A DNA stretch of 64,000 nucleotides from Octopus bimaculoides. Its lineage: Eukaryota. Numbering within the stretch: position 1 is the first letter of the stretch; each line of letters starts with the position of its first letter. The notes under the pieces are model-generated. The model was not told where the DNA came from. It did no database searches and saw only the letters and a list, made by a program, of their open reading frames with translations. Below are positions 26,801 through 40,520 of this stretch, in pieces. The stretch lies in NCBI RefSeq assembly GCF_001194135.2, contig NC_068985.1, forward strand, positions 407,376-471,375. Reading direction: 5' to 3'. Made by a program: the position numbers and the translations under genes.

Positions 26801-27391
26801 TGCACTTATGCAGTTCCAAGTAAAGCTGATTTTTGCAGCACACCAAGATTGTAGGGTATTTCTAAAGTGTCCTATTATTAAGGGTAGTAGATTTCTAGAA
26901 TCATTAGAGTATTGGGTAAAATGCTTTGTGGCATTTCTTATCACTTTGTTTTGAGTTCAAATCTTGTTGAGTTCATCTAAGATGTTCATTCTTCTGGGAT
27001 TAATAGAAATAAAATACATGCAAGTATTGAAATTGATGGTAGCAACTAATTCGCTTTCCAAAAGTCAAACTTAGTTAATTTTTTTACCATTCCTTTTTTT
27101 TCTTCATTCTGTGAGACATGATTTATTGAAGCATTACCAAATGAAATGTTCTTCAGACTACTCATAAAAAATAGCATTAAATACCGAAGGAAAGCAGCTT
27201 GCCTTCAATACCCAGGGATAGAGAGCAAAAAAAGAAAAAAATTCATGAAATTAGAATTCTATTTACACACATTTTCACATCCCAAATGGCTGCCAAACAT
27301 AATTATGCCACAAGACTGAACAATGATTATAGAGAAAAGAAATAATTTAAAATTTAAAGAAAGGAAAAACAGGGGGAAGAAAGGCATAGAC

Positions 27392-27560
27392 GTGTGTGTG
27401 TGTGGTTAAGAAGCTCACTTTGGGATCATGTGGTTTCAAGTTCAGTCCCACTGCTGAGTATCTTGAGTAAGTGTCTTCTGCTGTAGCCCCCAGACCAAGC
27501 AATCCCTTGAGAATGAATTTGAGAAACAGAAACTGTGTTGAGACTGCTGCGTGTGTGAGG
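27392..27560 (+). mobile_element. SINE family A 5' half, degenerate
   Basis: gtggttaagaagc..aagttcagtcccactgc..aagtgtcttctgctgtagcc. Confidence 0.7.
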
Positions 27561-27569
27561 TGACTGTTG

Positions 27570-27890
27570 TTATCATTGTGGAGTAAATACCACCATGAAT
27601 GATATCCAAACTACAGTGGAAAAGGCTAGCTGCTGGATTTGGTTAAAAAAGAGACGATGAGCGATGGCTACAGAAATATTGAGCTTTGTTTAATAACCAG
27701 TTGATCTAGCAAGCGGTAGATCAGTGAAGTGGGGCGGTATGCAATGATGCCATCGAGAGGTAGGTCCTGAAATGGCATGCATTCTATCCTGATAACCCCA
27801 TACACTTGCTGGCTTCCAGTATGTGGAGCTTTTAACTGGTATCAGCACTTGCATGTGCAAGTTGTTTGCAAAACAAGATGATGATGATGC
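27570..27890 (+). mobile_element. Old RTE-like LINE 3' remnant with (GAT)n tail
   Basis: ISKLQWKRLAAGFG*KRDDERWLQK resembles LKWxWAGHxxRxxDxRW; ends in gatgatgatgat. Confidence 0.4.
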
Positions 27891-29349
27891 AGAAGATAGA
27901 TTATTGGTAAAATTAAAACTAAGACAAAATAAAGTAGTATAAAAAAATTAGAGTTTTTCAACACCAAATATGGCACAAACTACTTACTGATGCATCCTAT
28001 TGCACCCAATCACAATTTGAGAAATGGTTATGTCTTACTGAACACAGGGAGCGCTCTAACTCAGCCTGAAACGTAATCTTCCAGGTTTTATGCCTTTTAT
28101 TTATACCTTGCTTTCCTTAATATGTATATACTTGCACTTTTGTTTACTCATTTCCAAGCATTTGTGCATTTATACATGTGTATGTACATACAGATATTGT
28201 GTACTTTTAATATATTAGTATGTCCTTCCATATAAAGTATTTTCACCCCTCCCTTCCTATTTGTAATCCTGTCCTTCACACTCCATGTCTTCTTTCCTTC
28301 TGTCTTTTTCCTTTCCTTTGTATCTCTTAGTGAATGTTTCATGTTTTCTGTCTCTTTGAATTCTTTGTGTCTAATCAAGACATCATTATTATTTTATATG
28401 AGATTTTAATGAAAATGAAATTCAAACAAAAATTGATAAATAAGATGTCTATTTAGTTGAACTTCTATTTAAGGACAAAGAATGAAAACAAAGAAAGTGA
28501 TTTCAGATTAAATATGAAATCGTAAGCAAAGTATTTCCAGTACAAAAAAATATATAAAAAAAATGGACTCAAAATATATTAAAAGCCATTGATCAATTAT
28601 TGATTTTACTGAAAAACAAAAGAAAGAGTCTGATAAAAACAGTGCTAGCCTGTAATGACAAAAATAATTATGTGAAGATTATTAATTTGGATATGTTTCT
28701 ATACCTTGCAGAGACGAAAATTTTGACAGAGAAAAGTAAGAACGTCTTTTACTCTGACTAATCTATTTATTTGAAATGTCAGGATTCTCATCTCTACAGC
28801 AAATCTGAATCTACGCTGTTCAAAATGATACACATAGCTTAATTTGAGAGTAAATTGACCCTACAAATTCTAACCTATTTTCAAAATGCTTCTATATCTT
28901 TGTGTTCTTATATCACTTCATAAATGCTTAAACCGCTTCCATTTTCTCACCCTTTCAGTACTTTCTCAGATGTTTACCATCAAGACACATTAGTAAATAT
29001 ATGGCCTTGTGGTTTTCCTTCAGAACTATTAACCTTAGCTCTTGTTACCATTGGTATAATGTTCACATGCCATTCGTTCTGACTCTTGATACTGAATTCA
29101 ATTCCTGCTGAGGTTAATTTTGCTGTTTATCTTTTCAGGGCCAACAAAAAGTACTGACCTTGTGGCAATGCTGGAGGCATGTGTATATACATACACATAG
29201 CAGAACCAATCTCATATCTCCCACCTTACCCACCTACATACTAGTGTTTCCCCATCATATGCAACCCTACCTTAATCACTGCATTAACCCCCTACCTCAA
29301 CTTGTTTACTCCTTCACATTAACATGCAAAAAGCATCCAGTACATTCTG

Positions 29350-29535
29350 TAAAGTGATTGCCATGGCTGGAAGAGCATCCAGCCTCAGAAACCATGCCAA
29401 AGACAACAGCCTTTGTGGCTCAACACAGCCTTGCAGCTTGCTAGTCCAAACTGTCAAACTGTCCAATCCATGCCAGCATGAAAAACAGACATTAAATCAT
29501 GATGATGATGGTGATGATGATGATGATGATGATGG
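29350..29535 (+). mobile_element. RTE family R 3' end, older subfamily
   Basis: gaagagcatccagcc..ccatgccagcatgaaaaacagacattaaat(GAT)n. Confidence 0.8.
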
Positions 29536-31094
29536 TGATATATACGTATGTATGTATCAATTAGTGAATGACCAAAATTAGGAATTACACAATCACTTTT
29601 ACTCGCTTACAGCTATAAGGAAGAAACTTGCATCTAAAGATGAATGCCTGTATGGTGCTTTATAGCCCCTCAGAGCCATTTAAATGAAGTGTATGATTAT
29701 TGCAGAAAACATTTAAAGAGATAGAATTGGTTAAAGGTAGAACCTTGGTAAATTAGTTTCTTATTTTGTCTGCTAAATTTTCTCAATATGATCTTTACAA
29801 GAGAAGCATCACAACAGAAATGAAAAATAAAACAAATCTGGGGTTTTACATATAATCCATTATTCCTTTTCCTCATCAATTATATATATATATATATATC
29901 TAATATACAAAACAGAGATGTCTGTGTATTCGCTTTTCACGTGAAATCGACTTCACCTAATGCTTCCATACTTGTGATGCATGAATAATTTGACCTCGGA
30001 TAAATGTTAGGCTCTTCATTTGATTTTTTTTATTAAAAATAAATAATATTGCTTTATATTTAAGATTCACTTCTTTTAAAAGGTTCCTCAATGTCAACTT
30101 CCGGTATTGACATAACAACGGCAAAAAGCTTCTCTCTCTAGCTTCGCAAAATTCTCCCCCCCTCTCTCTCTCTCTCATTCTCACAACACACACGTGCGCG
30201 TGCACACACACACGTGCGTGTGCACACACACACGTGTGTCTTTGTAAATATGTTTGTATACATTTATGTATGTGTGTGTTTGTAACAGACAGAGTGTGAG
30301 TGAGAGAGAGAGGTTTGTTGTCATATGCATCCATCATTTTTGGATGTATGTGTGCGTGTGTGTGTGTGTGAGACAGAGTGAGAGAGCGGTGTGTATGTAG
30401 TATTTACTCTCTCTCTCTCTCTCATACACACGCACACACACACACTCACACACAAAGATGTATGCATATTTATGCATGTACGTATACATGACAACAAACC
30501 TCTCTCTCTCACTCTCTCTCTCACTCTCTCTCTTTCTCTGTCACACACACACACGTCCATTTCATCTGATGTGTAATACTCTGTGTGTGCGTGCGTGCGT
30601 CTGTGCCTGCGTGGGGGGTTCCACAATCGCCATTTATTTCAATTACTCTTGTCTACAATTAAGGCTTCTATTTCTTTATGCCAGTTACCATCTAATGATA
30701 CTGAGTAGGGAGTCAGTTTTTCAGAGTTGCATCATGGCTATACGATATAACGTCGGATAAATATAATAATAACAATAATTCTACGATGGAATTTATACAT
30801 ATTTAATACTTCACTATGCACATTTCCACAAATCACATGATTTTGGCACCAAAGTCCATATCCTTGGGATTAGTACACTATAATCCATATTATCTATGGG
30901 CATCTGACTGATCACCATCATTGATTCATTTCAAATATATATATATATCATCATCATCATTTAACATCTGCTATCCATGCTGGCATGCATTAGACAGATA
31001 TATATATATAAATATGTGTGTATGTGTATGTGTGTACGCGTGTGTGCATGCATGTGTGTGTGCGTTGATGTATTGACCAATTGAATCACCTGAA

Positions 31095-31680
31095 ATACTT
31101 GCAGAGTTTTCAGTCTGCCAAAGCACAACTTGTCAATCTTAGACAAGATGGAATCATGTATATTGATAGATTTGCATATCCTGGAAGCTGCATTTCCAGT
31201 GAAACGAGGGTGATGCCGAAGTTGAAGACAAGCTAAGGATAGGCAAAACAATATCAGCACTCCAATGCCTTCTTCGAATATGGTGATCAAAGACCACCAG
31301 AAAGAAGCTATACTCAGTGATTGTTTTACCAATAACCATCTATATTTGTGAAACCTGGAAGAAGACAGAGAAGATCGCTCAATTGTTGGACTTGTTCCAT
31401 TGACACTGGTCAGAATATAGTGAGAAATAAAGAGCTGGCATGGGGAGTTGGCAGGATATGGGGGCCAAGCAGGGGACATGGTTTACTGGCCATGTGCTTT
31501 GATTACCACAGGAGAAACACCCTACCATTGTGATGATGTGGATGCGAGAAGGAGGTAAACGGCTGAGAGAAAGACCCAGATATGGTGTGGTATGGTCTGG
31601 GAGGACATAATAGCAATGGGAATCAGCCTGAGTGGAGCTAGTAGAAAACTGAGTAATCAACATATTTGGAGATTTGTTGC
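31095..31680 (+). mobile_element. RTE-clade LINE RT C-terminal remnant
   Basis: IDRFAYPGSCISSE..AEVEDKLRIGKTISAL..LYSVIVLPITIYICETWKKTEK; frameshifted. Confidence 0.75.
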
Positions 31681-31714
31681 CCATTGTGCAAACAGCATGG
31701 GAGGATCTAAGAGC

Positions 31715-31760
<46 letters not shown>

Positions 31761-34142
31761 AACAGAAACAAATGGCTAGCTCAAAATGTCACTACATGCA
31801 GACCAGTAGAACAAAGAAAAGACATAGAAAGAGAAAAGAAAAAATATATGCCTAGACTCATGTATATGTGTGTGTGTGTGCGCACACACACACAAATATA
31901 TATTAGTTTCTTTCTAGGGTTTTTCACTCTCAAATCCTCCAAATTGTATTAACGTTAGCAAAACAACCCCCCCCCCCCCATTATGTCTCCTCATAACTTT
32001 CTGAAGAATGGATATTTTTTGTAATGAAATTTTCTACAAATACATTCCAGATGGTGTAGATTGCAATTTTATCAGAATGTTTTATGAAAAACTTTAGGAT
32101 GGATGGGTGGGGGGAAAGATTTGGATAATTCAAATGCCTTGACTTTGTTTCCTCATAAGTTTCAGAAAATGGGTATTTTTTAAAGAAATTTTTTACAAAT
32201 ATCTCCCATCACGGAATTCATTTGGAAATTATGTTAGATATATTTTTGTTGAGATTCTTGAATTGAATTTTTACAATATTCCTTTTCAAAGATAAAATAA
32301 ACCAGCATCTAGTGGGCTAATTTGATAAATATTTGATGAGTATTAAAACATGGTTTGATGTAGAGAATATGTAAGCAGTTCGTTAACATTCCCAATTAAA
32401 TATTGCTGTAAAAACCAAAAGAATAGCACTGTTTCTACTAATTACCAATAAAGATAATTGCTAAATTATCATTTTCTGTTTCTGATCTGCTTAGGAAGCT
32501 TAAATGATTATTGATGGAGTACAAATATGAACTGAAGTAGATGTAATATGTTAATACTTGGCAATTTTAGTTGCAGACACCCAAAATAAATGCCATACAC
32601 GAATCCACAGTACACAGAGAGATAATGAAATTACCATTGGTTTAAAAACCATTATGTTCAACAGAATCAGTTTTGAATCTAAACAGAGTCAGACATCTTT
32701 ACAAACATTGATTAACAACATCCATTTGCATGCTCTGAAAGGCTTTAAACTTTTGCAAAATGCTTTATATATAATACAATACATAACACATCACTTTGTC
32801 TGCATTCAGCATCTTCGCTCAGCTGGTAATTATTCTTTTGCATAATGATTGAGGTTTAATTTTACCAAAAGTGAAGATAATTAGTTTTCTGGTACTAAAT
32901 ATGGGAAAATTTTGTTGAAAATATGACTGGCATAACAAGATCCAGAACGTTGTAGAAGCTTTTAAGGTTTTTTTTTTTCTCTAGAATCGCAACATTCTAA
33001 TAAACCAATCCTTTCTACATTTAATCTCAAAAACAATCTATAACAATCCAAATAACAATATCCAAGATATTCCTATCTTCCAATCTAAATAGACATTACC
33101 TATCTTTTTTGGATTAAAAGAGAAAAAATTTCAAACTCTTATGATAAAAAATATTTTTAAGATACAAAAATGCAGGATCACAGGTATAACCACACAACAA
33201 CTGATGAAATGCAGTTCACACCAGAGAGCACAGCACTGTGCACACAACTATTCATCATTTGACCATTACAGAATAGAACTGACTAAATAAACACCAGCAG
33301 TGTCTGACGTTGTCACAAAGTCACAATATATAAACATTAGTTATATCAGTTGTAAAATAAGATATTTTGATTCCAAATATATATAAGTGATGCACAACAC
33401 AGTACAATTGTGTTAGAATCTTGCGAGAGAAGAGTAAGAAAAATAGTAAAAATAAAGAGCAAGCATTAATCACAGTAGAAATAGTTACAAACATGGAACA
33501 ATTATAAAGCATTCATGCTTGTGAATAAAATATCGGAGAATGAAATAAGAAAACAAAAAAGTAAATATAAGAGAAAAAAAGCAAATGACGACAAAAAAAA
33601 AAAAATCAAGCTATGAAGAAAACACATGAGGATTTTGACAGTCTGAAAGACAAAGAGTTGTTAATCTTGTAAGATGGTAATTGCATAAAAACAGGACGGA
33701 TGTTTTTGTAAATAATTCCCTGTTGGTGTAAATTGCATAGTTTCAACAACTGTTTCTCTCTTCCCTGAGACTTTAGCCAGTGGGCATTTCCTAAGCTTAA
33801 GGATAGAGACTGGCTTGTTTGTAGGACTGGCCTGGTGGCATTATAGTGTAACTAGAATGACAAGGAAATTGAGTGGCTGCTGGTGAGCTGGACTAGCAGG
33901 ACTATAAAATAAATGATGGGGAAAGCAGCAGTCAAAGTGCGGAACTACAATGATGATCACAATGATGATGATGATGAAATTCACCAAGGAAAATGAGAAG
34001 TAGCAGGCAAGTAATCAAACAAAAGATCTTCATAACAAAAAAAAAAAACAAAAAAAAAATTAAAAGAGAGATTAACAAAGGAAAGGAAATTTCCATCAAT
34101 ATCACTGAGGTATATATTATTGCTGCTACTACTACTGCTGCT

Positions 34143-34268
34143 GCCGCTGCTGCCGCTGCTGCCGCTGCTGCCGCTGCTGCCGCTGCTGCCGCTGCTGCCG
34201 CTGCTGCCGCTGCTGCCGCTGCTGCCGCTGCTGCCGCTGCTGCCGCTGCTGCCGCTGCTGCCGCTGCT
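34143..34268. repeat. Perfect 9-bp tandem repeat (GCCGCTGCT)x14
   Basis: GCC recurs every 9 nt from 34143 to 34260, counted by hand. Confidence 0.95.
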
Positions 34269-34424
34269 ACTGCTTGGTGTTGTGGAAGTTGTAACAGTAA
34301 TAACATTAAGTGATATGGGTGGGGCAATAATATGAAAGAAAGTGATGGTATAAGGGGAATTACTGATAATGTCTGGAACCTCAAAGTGACAGTGGTAATA
34401 ATGATAATGATAATAATAATCTTT

Positions 34425-34632
34425 TCTACTATAAACACAAGGCCTGAAATTTTGGAGGAGGGAACTATCGATTACATCGACCCCAGAATTTCACTGGTAC
34501 TTTATTTATCGACCCTGAAAGGATGAAAGGCAAAGTCAACCCCAACAGCATTTGAACTCAGAAAGCAAAGTCAAATGAAATACCACTAAGCATTTTTGCT
34601 GGTGTGCTAACAATTCTGCTAGTTTACCACCT
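34425..34632 (-). mobile_element. SINE family C, full-length copy within (TAA)n
   Basis: Minus strand ggtggtaaactagcagaattgttagc..ttctgagttcaaat..gactttgcctttcatcctttcagggtcgataaataaagtaccag..agtagaaaag(ATT)n. Confidence 0.85.
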
Positions 34633-34654
34633 TAATATAATAATAATAATCAAA

Positions 34655-35435
34655 TTAAAAGAACAGGGAACAACATGGAGGTGGCTTAACAAGGGTGCCC
34701 TAAAAAAGAATACTGAAAGCCTAATCATCACTGCCCAGGAACAGGCATTGAAAAAGAATATATATATCACACAAGTGCATCGGACCTGTGCAGAATGTGT
34801 GGGAAGAGGGTTGAAAGTGTGACTCACATTGTTAGAGCTTGTGAGAGTCTTGTGCAGAAAGGGTACAAGTGTAGACACAACAAAGTAGCCCAAAACCTCC
34901 ACTGGTTACTATGCCATAAGTATGGATATGAGGTTACAGGTGCTTGGTACCAACATACCCCGGAAAAGGTAATGGATGAAAAGGGGAAGGCAAAAATCCT
35001 CTGGGACTTTGACTTCCAGACAGACAAGGTATTAGAGTACCGGAGACTGGATATAGTAACCATTAGGAGGAACAAACAAGAGTGCCTAATAATCGACGTG
35101 GCAGTGTCAGGAGATCAACATATCATCATGAAAGTAAAAGTTGATAAATATGGCGACCTGAGAATTGAGATGGCTAAGATGTGGCAGCTACGGGAGTCAT
35201 TGGAGCATTGGGTTCAATACCACCCAATCTCAAAAAAAAACATCTGAAAACTTTAGAAATACCCTACAATCTAGGTGTATTGCAAAAGTCGGCATTACTT
35301 GGAACTGCACGCATATTGCATAAAGAACTGTCTGTCTGAGGTCCTTGTTGTGACTTGATAAGACAGTACAAAACCCCGGTAGACACAATATCTTTAATCA
35401 ACAGCCTCACGATATTGTGTACTGTGCGATGTCTA
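34655..35435 (+). mobile_element. R4/Dong-clade 3' fragment flanked on both sides by (TAA)n
   Basis: WRWLNKGALKKNTESLIITAQEQAL; C..CGKRVESVTHIVRACESL..YKCRHNKVA..ILWDFDFQTD..RRLDIV..IIDVAVSGD; LQKSALLGTARIL; ends at tctataataataat. Confidence 0.9.
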
Positions 35436-36648
35436 TAATAATAATAATAAGAAGAAGAACAATGATAACAGCAGCAACAGCAGCAGTNNNNNNNNNNTGT
35501 ATTGCAAAAGTCGGCATTACTTGGAACTGCACGCATATTGCATAAAGAACTGTCTGTCTGAGGTCCTTGTTGTGACTTGATAAGACAGTACAAAACCCCG
35601 GTAGACACAATATCTTTAATCAACAGCCTCACAATATTGTGTACTGTGCGATGTCTATAATAATAATAAGAAGAAGAACAATGATAACAGCAGCAACAGC
35701 AGCAGTAGTAAGGTTTAGTTGTATCAACAATAATAATGAGTAATTCTGAAGATGATAGTAAGACTAGTAGCAGCAATGGGTGAAGTGTAGAAGAGCAGCT
35801 GTCAACGGACTGAAACCACAGCACAGTTCATTGAATATTTCATCATTACTGATACACATGGTGTTGGGCATCAATATCACCACATCTCAACTGCAATTTT
35901 GTCATGATGACCAGCATCATCATCATTTTCATCATAAGCAGCAGCAGTAGCAGTAGTAGCAGCAGCAGCTGCAAGGAAGCGAAAGTAAAAAGAGAGAAAA
36001 AGAAAGAGAAAAGAGAGGTTGTCAGTGATGTGGTGCTTTCTCTGTCCTCTTCACAACTTAGCAAGGGTTGAGCAAAATAATTGATAGACATCTAAAATGA
36101 AATGGAAACGTATTTGGAATGAAGAAGAGAGAGAATACGAGGTTTGAGGCAACTGGGTTCAGAGCCAACTAAAAGAGGGGGGTGCCTGGCAAAACAGAAA
36201 CAAAATAAGAGAAACAACATATGAGTGGTATTAGAAGGACATGAACGACTACTGCTGCTGTTTCTGCTGCACATGCATAAATGTGAGAGAGAGAGAGAGA
36301 GCGGCGGGTGGTGGGGGAGTGAAGTAGGAGAGAAAGGAGATATATAGGGGTAACTTATTAAGTGGTACATTCATTTCTAATATCAACCAATGGTCAGATG
36401 GAAAACTTGTAGAAATAGATACAGACTATGTCTAAGAAATGGATTACTCCTTAACGTAGGGTTGACATAAAAAGGATCAACAAGTGAACAAGTTTTAGTT
36501 TTCACACCTCAACAATTATAACTTCGAGTTAACCATTTGAATTATGAAAGATGCCTTCTAAAAGAAAATAGCAACAACAAGGGAAATATCAAAAGAAAGA
36601 TGGTAATATGCAGATAATCAAAATTAGGGGGAAACTAAATCAATTAAT

Positions 36649-37019
36649 AGGTGCAGGCATGACTGTGTGATAAGAAGCTTGCTTCCCAACCACATGATTC
36701 TGGGTTCAGTCCCACTGCTTGGCACCTTGGGCAAGCGTCTTTTACTATAGCCTTGGGTCAACCAAAGCCTTGTGAGTGGATTTGGTAGACGGAAACTGAA
36801 AGAAGCCCATTGTATATGTGTGTGTATGTGTGTTTGTCCCACCACCATTGCTTGACAACTGATACTGGTGTATTTATGTTCTCGTAACTAAGTGGTTTGG
36901 CAAAAGAGTAAGTACTAGGCTTACAAAGAATAAGTTCAGGGGTTGATTTGTTTGACTAAAGGCGGTGCTACAGCATGGCCACAGTTAAATGACTGAAACA
37001 AGTAAAAGAATAAAAGAAT
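36649..37019 (+). mobile_element. SINE family A, full length
   Basis: Collinear with the reverse complement of 1945-2345; internal (TG)n. Confidence 0.85.
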
Positions 37020-37768
37020 TTTGAGCAATTTCTCTTTCACTCTAAAAGGAATAAATAAAAGAATATAAAGCAATGGTTTGTAAGTGTGTTTTACATTAAA
37101 AAAAAATAAATTACCCAAAAGGCTACAAGAAGGAGTCTGTAAGAATATAGATTAATACGAGTTACTTAATTTATGTGTTTGTAACCTTTAGACAGTTTGT
37201 AATCACAGAAATCTATGAATCAAAAGGAAGCTGAATAAACAACTCAAAGAATTCTTTTAATGTTATAAATATTAAAAAAAAAGCAGACAAAATATTCTTT
37301 ATTTTGTCTTTTGTTATTTCTTTATCAAAATGACTTTGACTTAAACTACCAAAAAAGAATTGTTATTCTTCTCTAAAAACAAACATTTACAAAATCGGTT
37401 TTATTTTTGCGATTTCATGTGATTTTTAAAAGTAGAAATTAAATGTGTTAATGAATGAATTACATTGATTTCTTGTTTTTTAGCTTTTATTTTTCTGCTA
37501 TGTTTTTAATTTTAAAAAAGAAAAAGTTAAAAATGAACATTGTATTTTACTAGCAGAGAAACATTATTGTTTACCTTCAGTGGTGGGAACTTGGAGTAAA
37601 AAATGAAAAACTATTAATTATATCCACAAATATGCATTTAAGAAGCTTACATCACAACAAAGTGTGGCACATGGAGAAGTGTCTTTCTTCTATAGCATTG
37701 GGTTAATACTATGCAAGTGGAATTTAGTAGATGGAAATTGTACAGGAACTCATAATTTATATATGTAT

Positions 37769-37815
<47 letters not shown>

Positions 37816-38191
37816 TGCTCATGCTTTAATCTCACTTAAAACTGGTATCTCCAAAAAAGATCAATGCATATTCTTCATTACAAATATTATTTTAATTAAT
37901 TGCTTCACTATATTAATTAATTTAGTCTCTACTTAATATCTTTATGTAGACATTGCTCTTGGGAAATTTTCCATAACGTTATTTTAAATTGCTTAATCAG
38001 CAAATGTTTTTTTCAGCTAAAACCATATATCTTCTCAGAGTCACTGTATGACCTAGGAAGTATGAGAAAGACTAGGCTTCACTGAAGTGGTCTAATACAG
38101 TTGGAACAAGTCCACAGTTAGCATTGAACTTGACAAAAATCAAAATCTCTTTACACTGGAAGCCACACCCTCTTTTTTGACAACAATTATT

Positions 38192-38334
38192 CTTTTCTAC
38201 TCTAGGCACAAAGCCCGAATTTTTTTGGGGGAGGGGCCAGTCGATTAGATTGACCCCAGTAAGTGACTGGTACTTAATTTACTGCTAAGCATTTCGCCTG
38301 GCATGCTAGCGTTTCTGTCAGCTCACCTCCTTCG
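38192..38334 (-). mobile_element. SINE family C copy with a 14-bp target-site duplication
   Basis: tgacaacaattatt at 38178-38191 and 38335-38348 flanks the copy. Confidence 0.8.
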
Positions 38335-39079
38335 TGACAACAATTATTATTTAACTTAATGAACTTTTTTTTCTATTCATTACATGTGTAATTTAAACTA
38401 ATTGAAACTGTTTTTGCCCCCTTCATACAGTACATTAGCTGCCACTATACCTCACACACACACACGACTAACTGTGATAACCCAGTTATTTGGGCGAACA
38501 CTTTTGTTAGATTTCAGCTTTTGTGTTGCGTGGAACACCATTTTGCTTTCCTGGCTCTTTCTTATTCTAGATGTGATTGTATGTTGTAGATATTTATATT
38601 AATCATTATTAATTCCCTTTTATATAAATCTCATTCTGCTTCATATATTGCAAAAATTCTACTTTCATTTCTAAATCTTTGTTGCCTGGCAACATTCTGA
38701 ACATAGAGAAAAGTTGGTCCTGTGAGCAGAACTAATCTGCCAATGTCTGAGCTACTCTCAAAAAATGCCATTTTTTCTTTCCTTTAATTCTAATTAATTT
38801 TGATATAATCGAATAAAAAATATTACAATTTTCAAATACAAATATTCTGTTTTTCTATTTAAAACATTTTTATAATTATATAAGTTGATTTTGTTTCTAT
38901 GTGTAATAAAACCCAAACTGTCATCTCTTTCATATTTTCTCTCGTTTCACACAAATTTCTGCTTCTTTTGACATTGGTATACATGTTAGTCTGCATTACT
39001 TAGTCTTTTCATCTCTTTCTTTCTATACTGTTACACATATTTTGTTATCACCATCTAAATTCAAAAAAATACTACGTTC

Positions 39080-39111
<32 letters not shown>

Positions 39112-39519
39112 TTATCTACATGCATATTTATATATATATATATATATATATGGTGGTGGTGATGATGATGATGATATTATAATATATATATAATAATAAA
39201 CATATCACATGAACTTTCATAGCATTATATATGTAGGAAAAAGTGAAATGTATTAAAGCAACAACGTATGAGAAGTATTGTCTTCGAGAGGTATTTATGG
39301 CAAAATTTGGAGTAATAAAGCAAATGGATATTTCATGAAAATATCACACCATGACCAAACTGAATAACAAAAAAAAAAACCAGAAATAAAGATGAGTTTC
39401 TCAATGTTCAAATATAGTGAGTAAAATTTCTCATTATTTAAGGTACCAGAAAAACAATACAGGAAAAACAGCCAACTATTTATTTATCTGTGTGTGTATG
39501 TGGTGGTGGTGGTGGGTGA

Positions 39520-39660
39520 GTGTTAGGGAGGGCATCCAACTGTAAAAACCAGGCCAAAACAGACAGAAGCATGGCACAGGCTCCTGCTTGGCCAGCTCCT
39601 GTCAAACCGTCCAACCCATACCAGCACGGAAGGAGGACGTTAAACAGAGATGATGATTAT
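39520..39660 (+). mobile_element. RTE family R 3' end
   Basis: gttagggagggcatccaactgtaaaaacc..ccataccagcacggaaggaggacgttaaac. Confidence 0.8.
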
Positions 39661-40379
39661 GTATATGTATTTATGTATGTACACACACATATGTACATAT
39701 GTATGTATGTGTGTATGTAAGTATAAGCCATAATTATTTATTCTCAATAAGTTCTGACAAATTCAAACATGGATATCTGATTGCTGTTGTTTTTGTTATT
39801 GAAGTGGAGATCCGTTGCTCCCTTTCGCTGATCGAGGTTCATAACCTACAATCTATCAATGAGGGAACTAACTTAAAGACACTCGAGATACTCCAGTCTT
39901 TTGACCTTATTTTGTGCATCCTTAGTCAAAGCTGCTCTTGACTAATGAATTTAAGAAAGATAGTCTCTTATTTATAGAAATAAGCAAACAAATTATTTGT
40001 TTAAGGGTACAGATGTTGGTCAAACAACTAATAATTCATTATAAATATATTCATGCAGATTCGAATGCGAATATGTGATTGCTGTAGTTTTACATCATCC
40101 TATTGAGAATGAACAGATGCATTATTGTTGGGATTTTCATTGTTTTATTTGCAACTCCTGAATTATTACCCAGAAACTCTTCCCCTATTAGTTGGAAGTC
40201 ACTAAGAAACTGGAAGTCTTGTTTATCAATTCTAATAAAACTAACAATCTATACCAAAGAGATTGCAAATTTTACATCAATTTCATCTATTCCTGGGAGA
40301 GCAGAGTCCTCAGGTATCCTATCAAAAGTAACCATCATTATATTTCCATCATTATATTCCCAAGCACAACCAATCAAGA

Positions 40380-40520
40380 TATGAATATTATCCAACCATC
40401 TCTTTATTGGTTTACCCCTAAGTTGACCACCAGCAGACTTCCGAGTCTATCCAACATCATTCTAATCCCATGTTCATAGTACAGGATGTGTGACCTCTTG
40501 ATGGCAAGAAGTAGTGGTTG
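40380..40520 (-). mobile_element. Small RTE-like C-terminal remnant
   Basis: GGQLRGKPIKRWLDNI resembles GxRxRGRPxKRWxDNI. Confidence 0.45.

Noticed and set aside
32577-32825. 249-nt open phase-1 exon candidate
   Set aside because: Composition matches flanking non-coding DNA and it resembles no domain; expected by chance.
33932-34438. 168-aa poly-Ala ORF and its 106-aa antisense partner
   Set aside because: Open only because of the 9-mer and other simple repeats; no start context, domain or splice support.
35278-35707. 210-bp tandem duplication of the R4/Dong 3' end
   Set aside because: Centred on a 10-N gap; the copies differ by one base and one AAT unit, consistent with two haplotypes.
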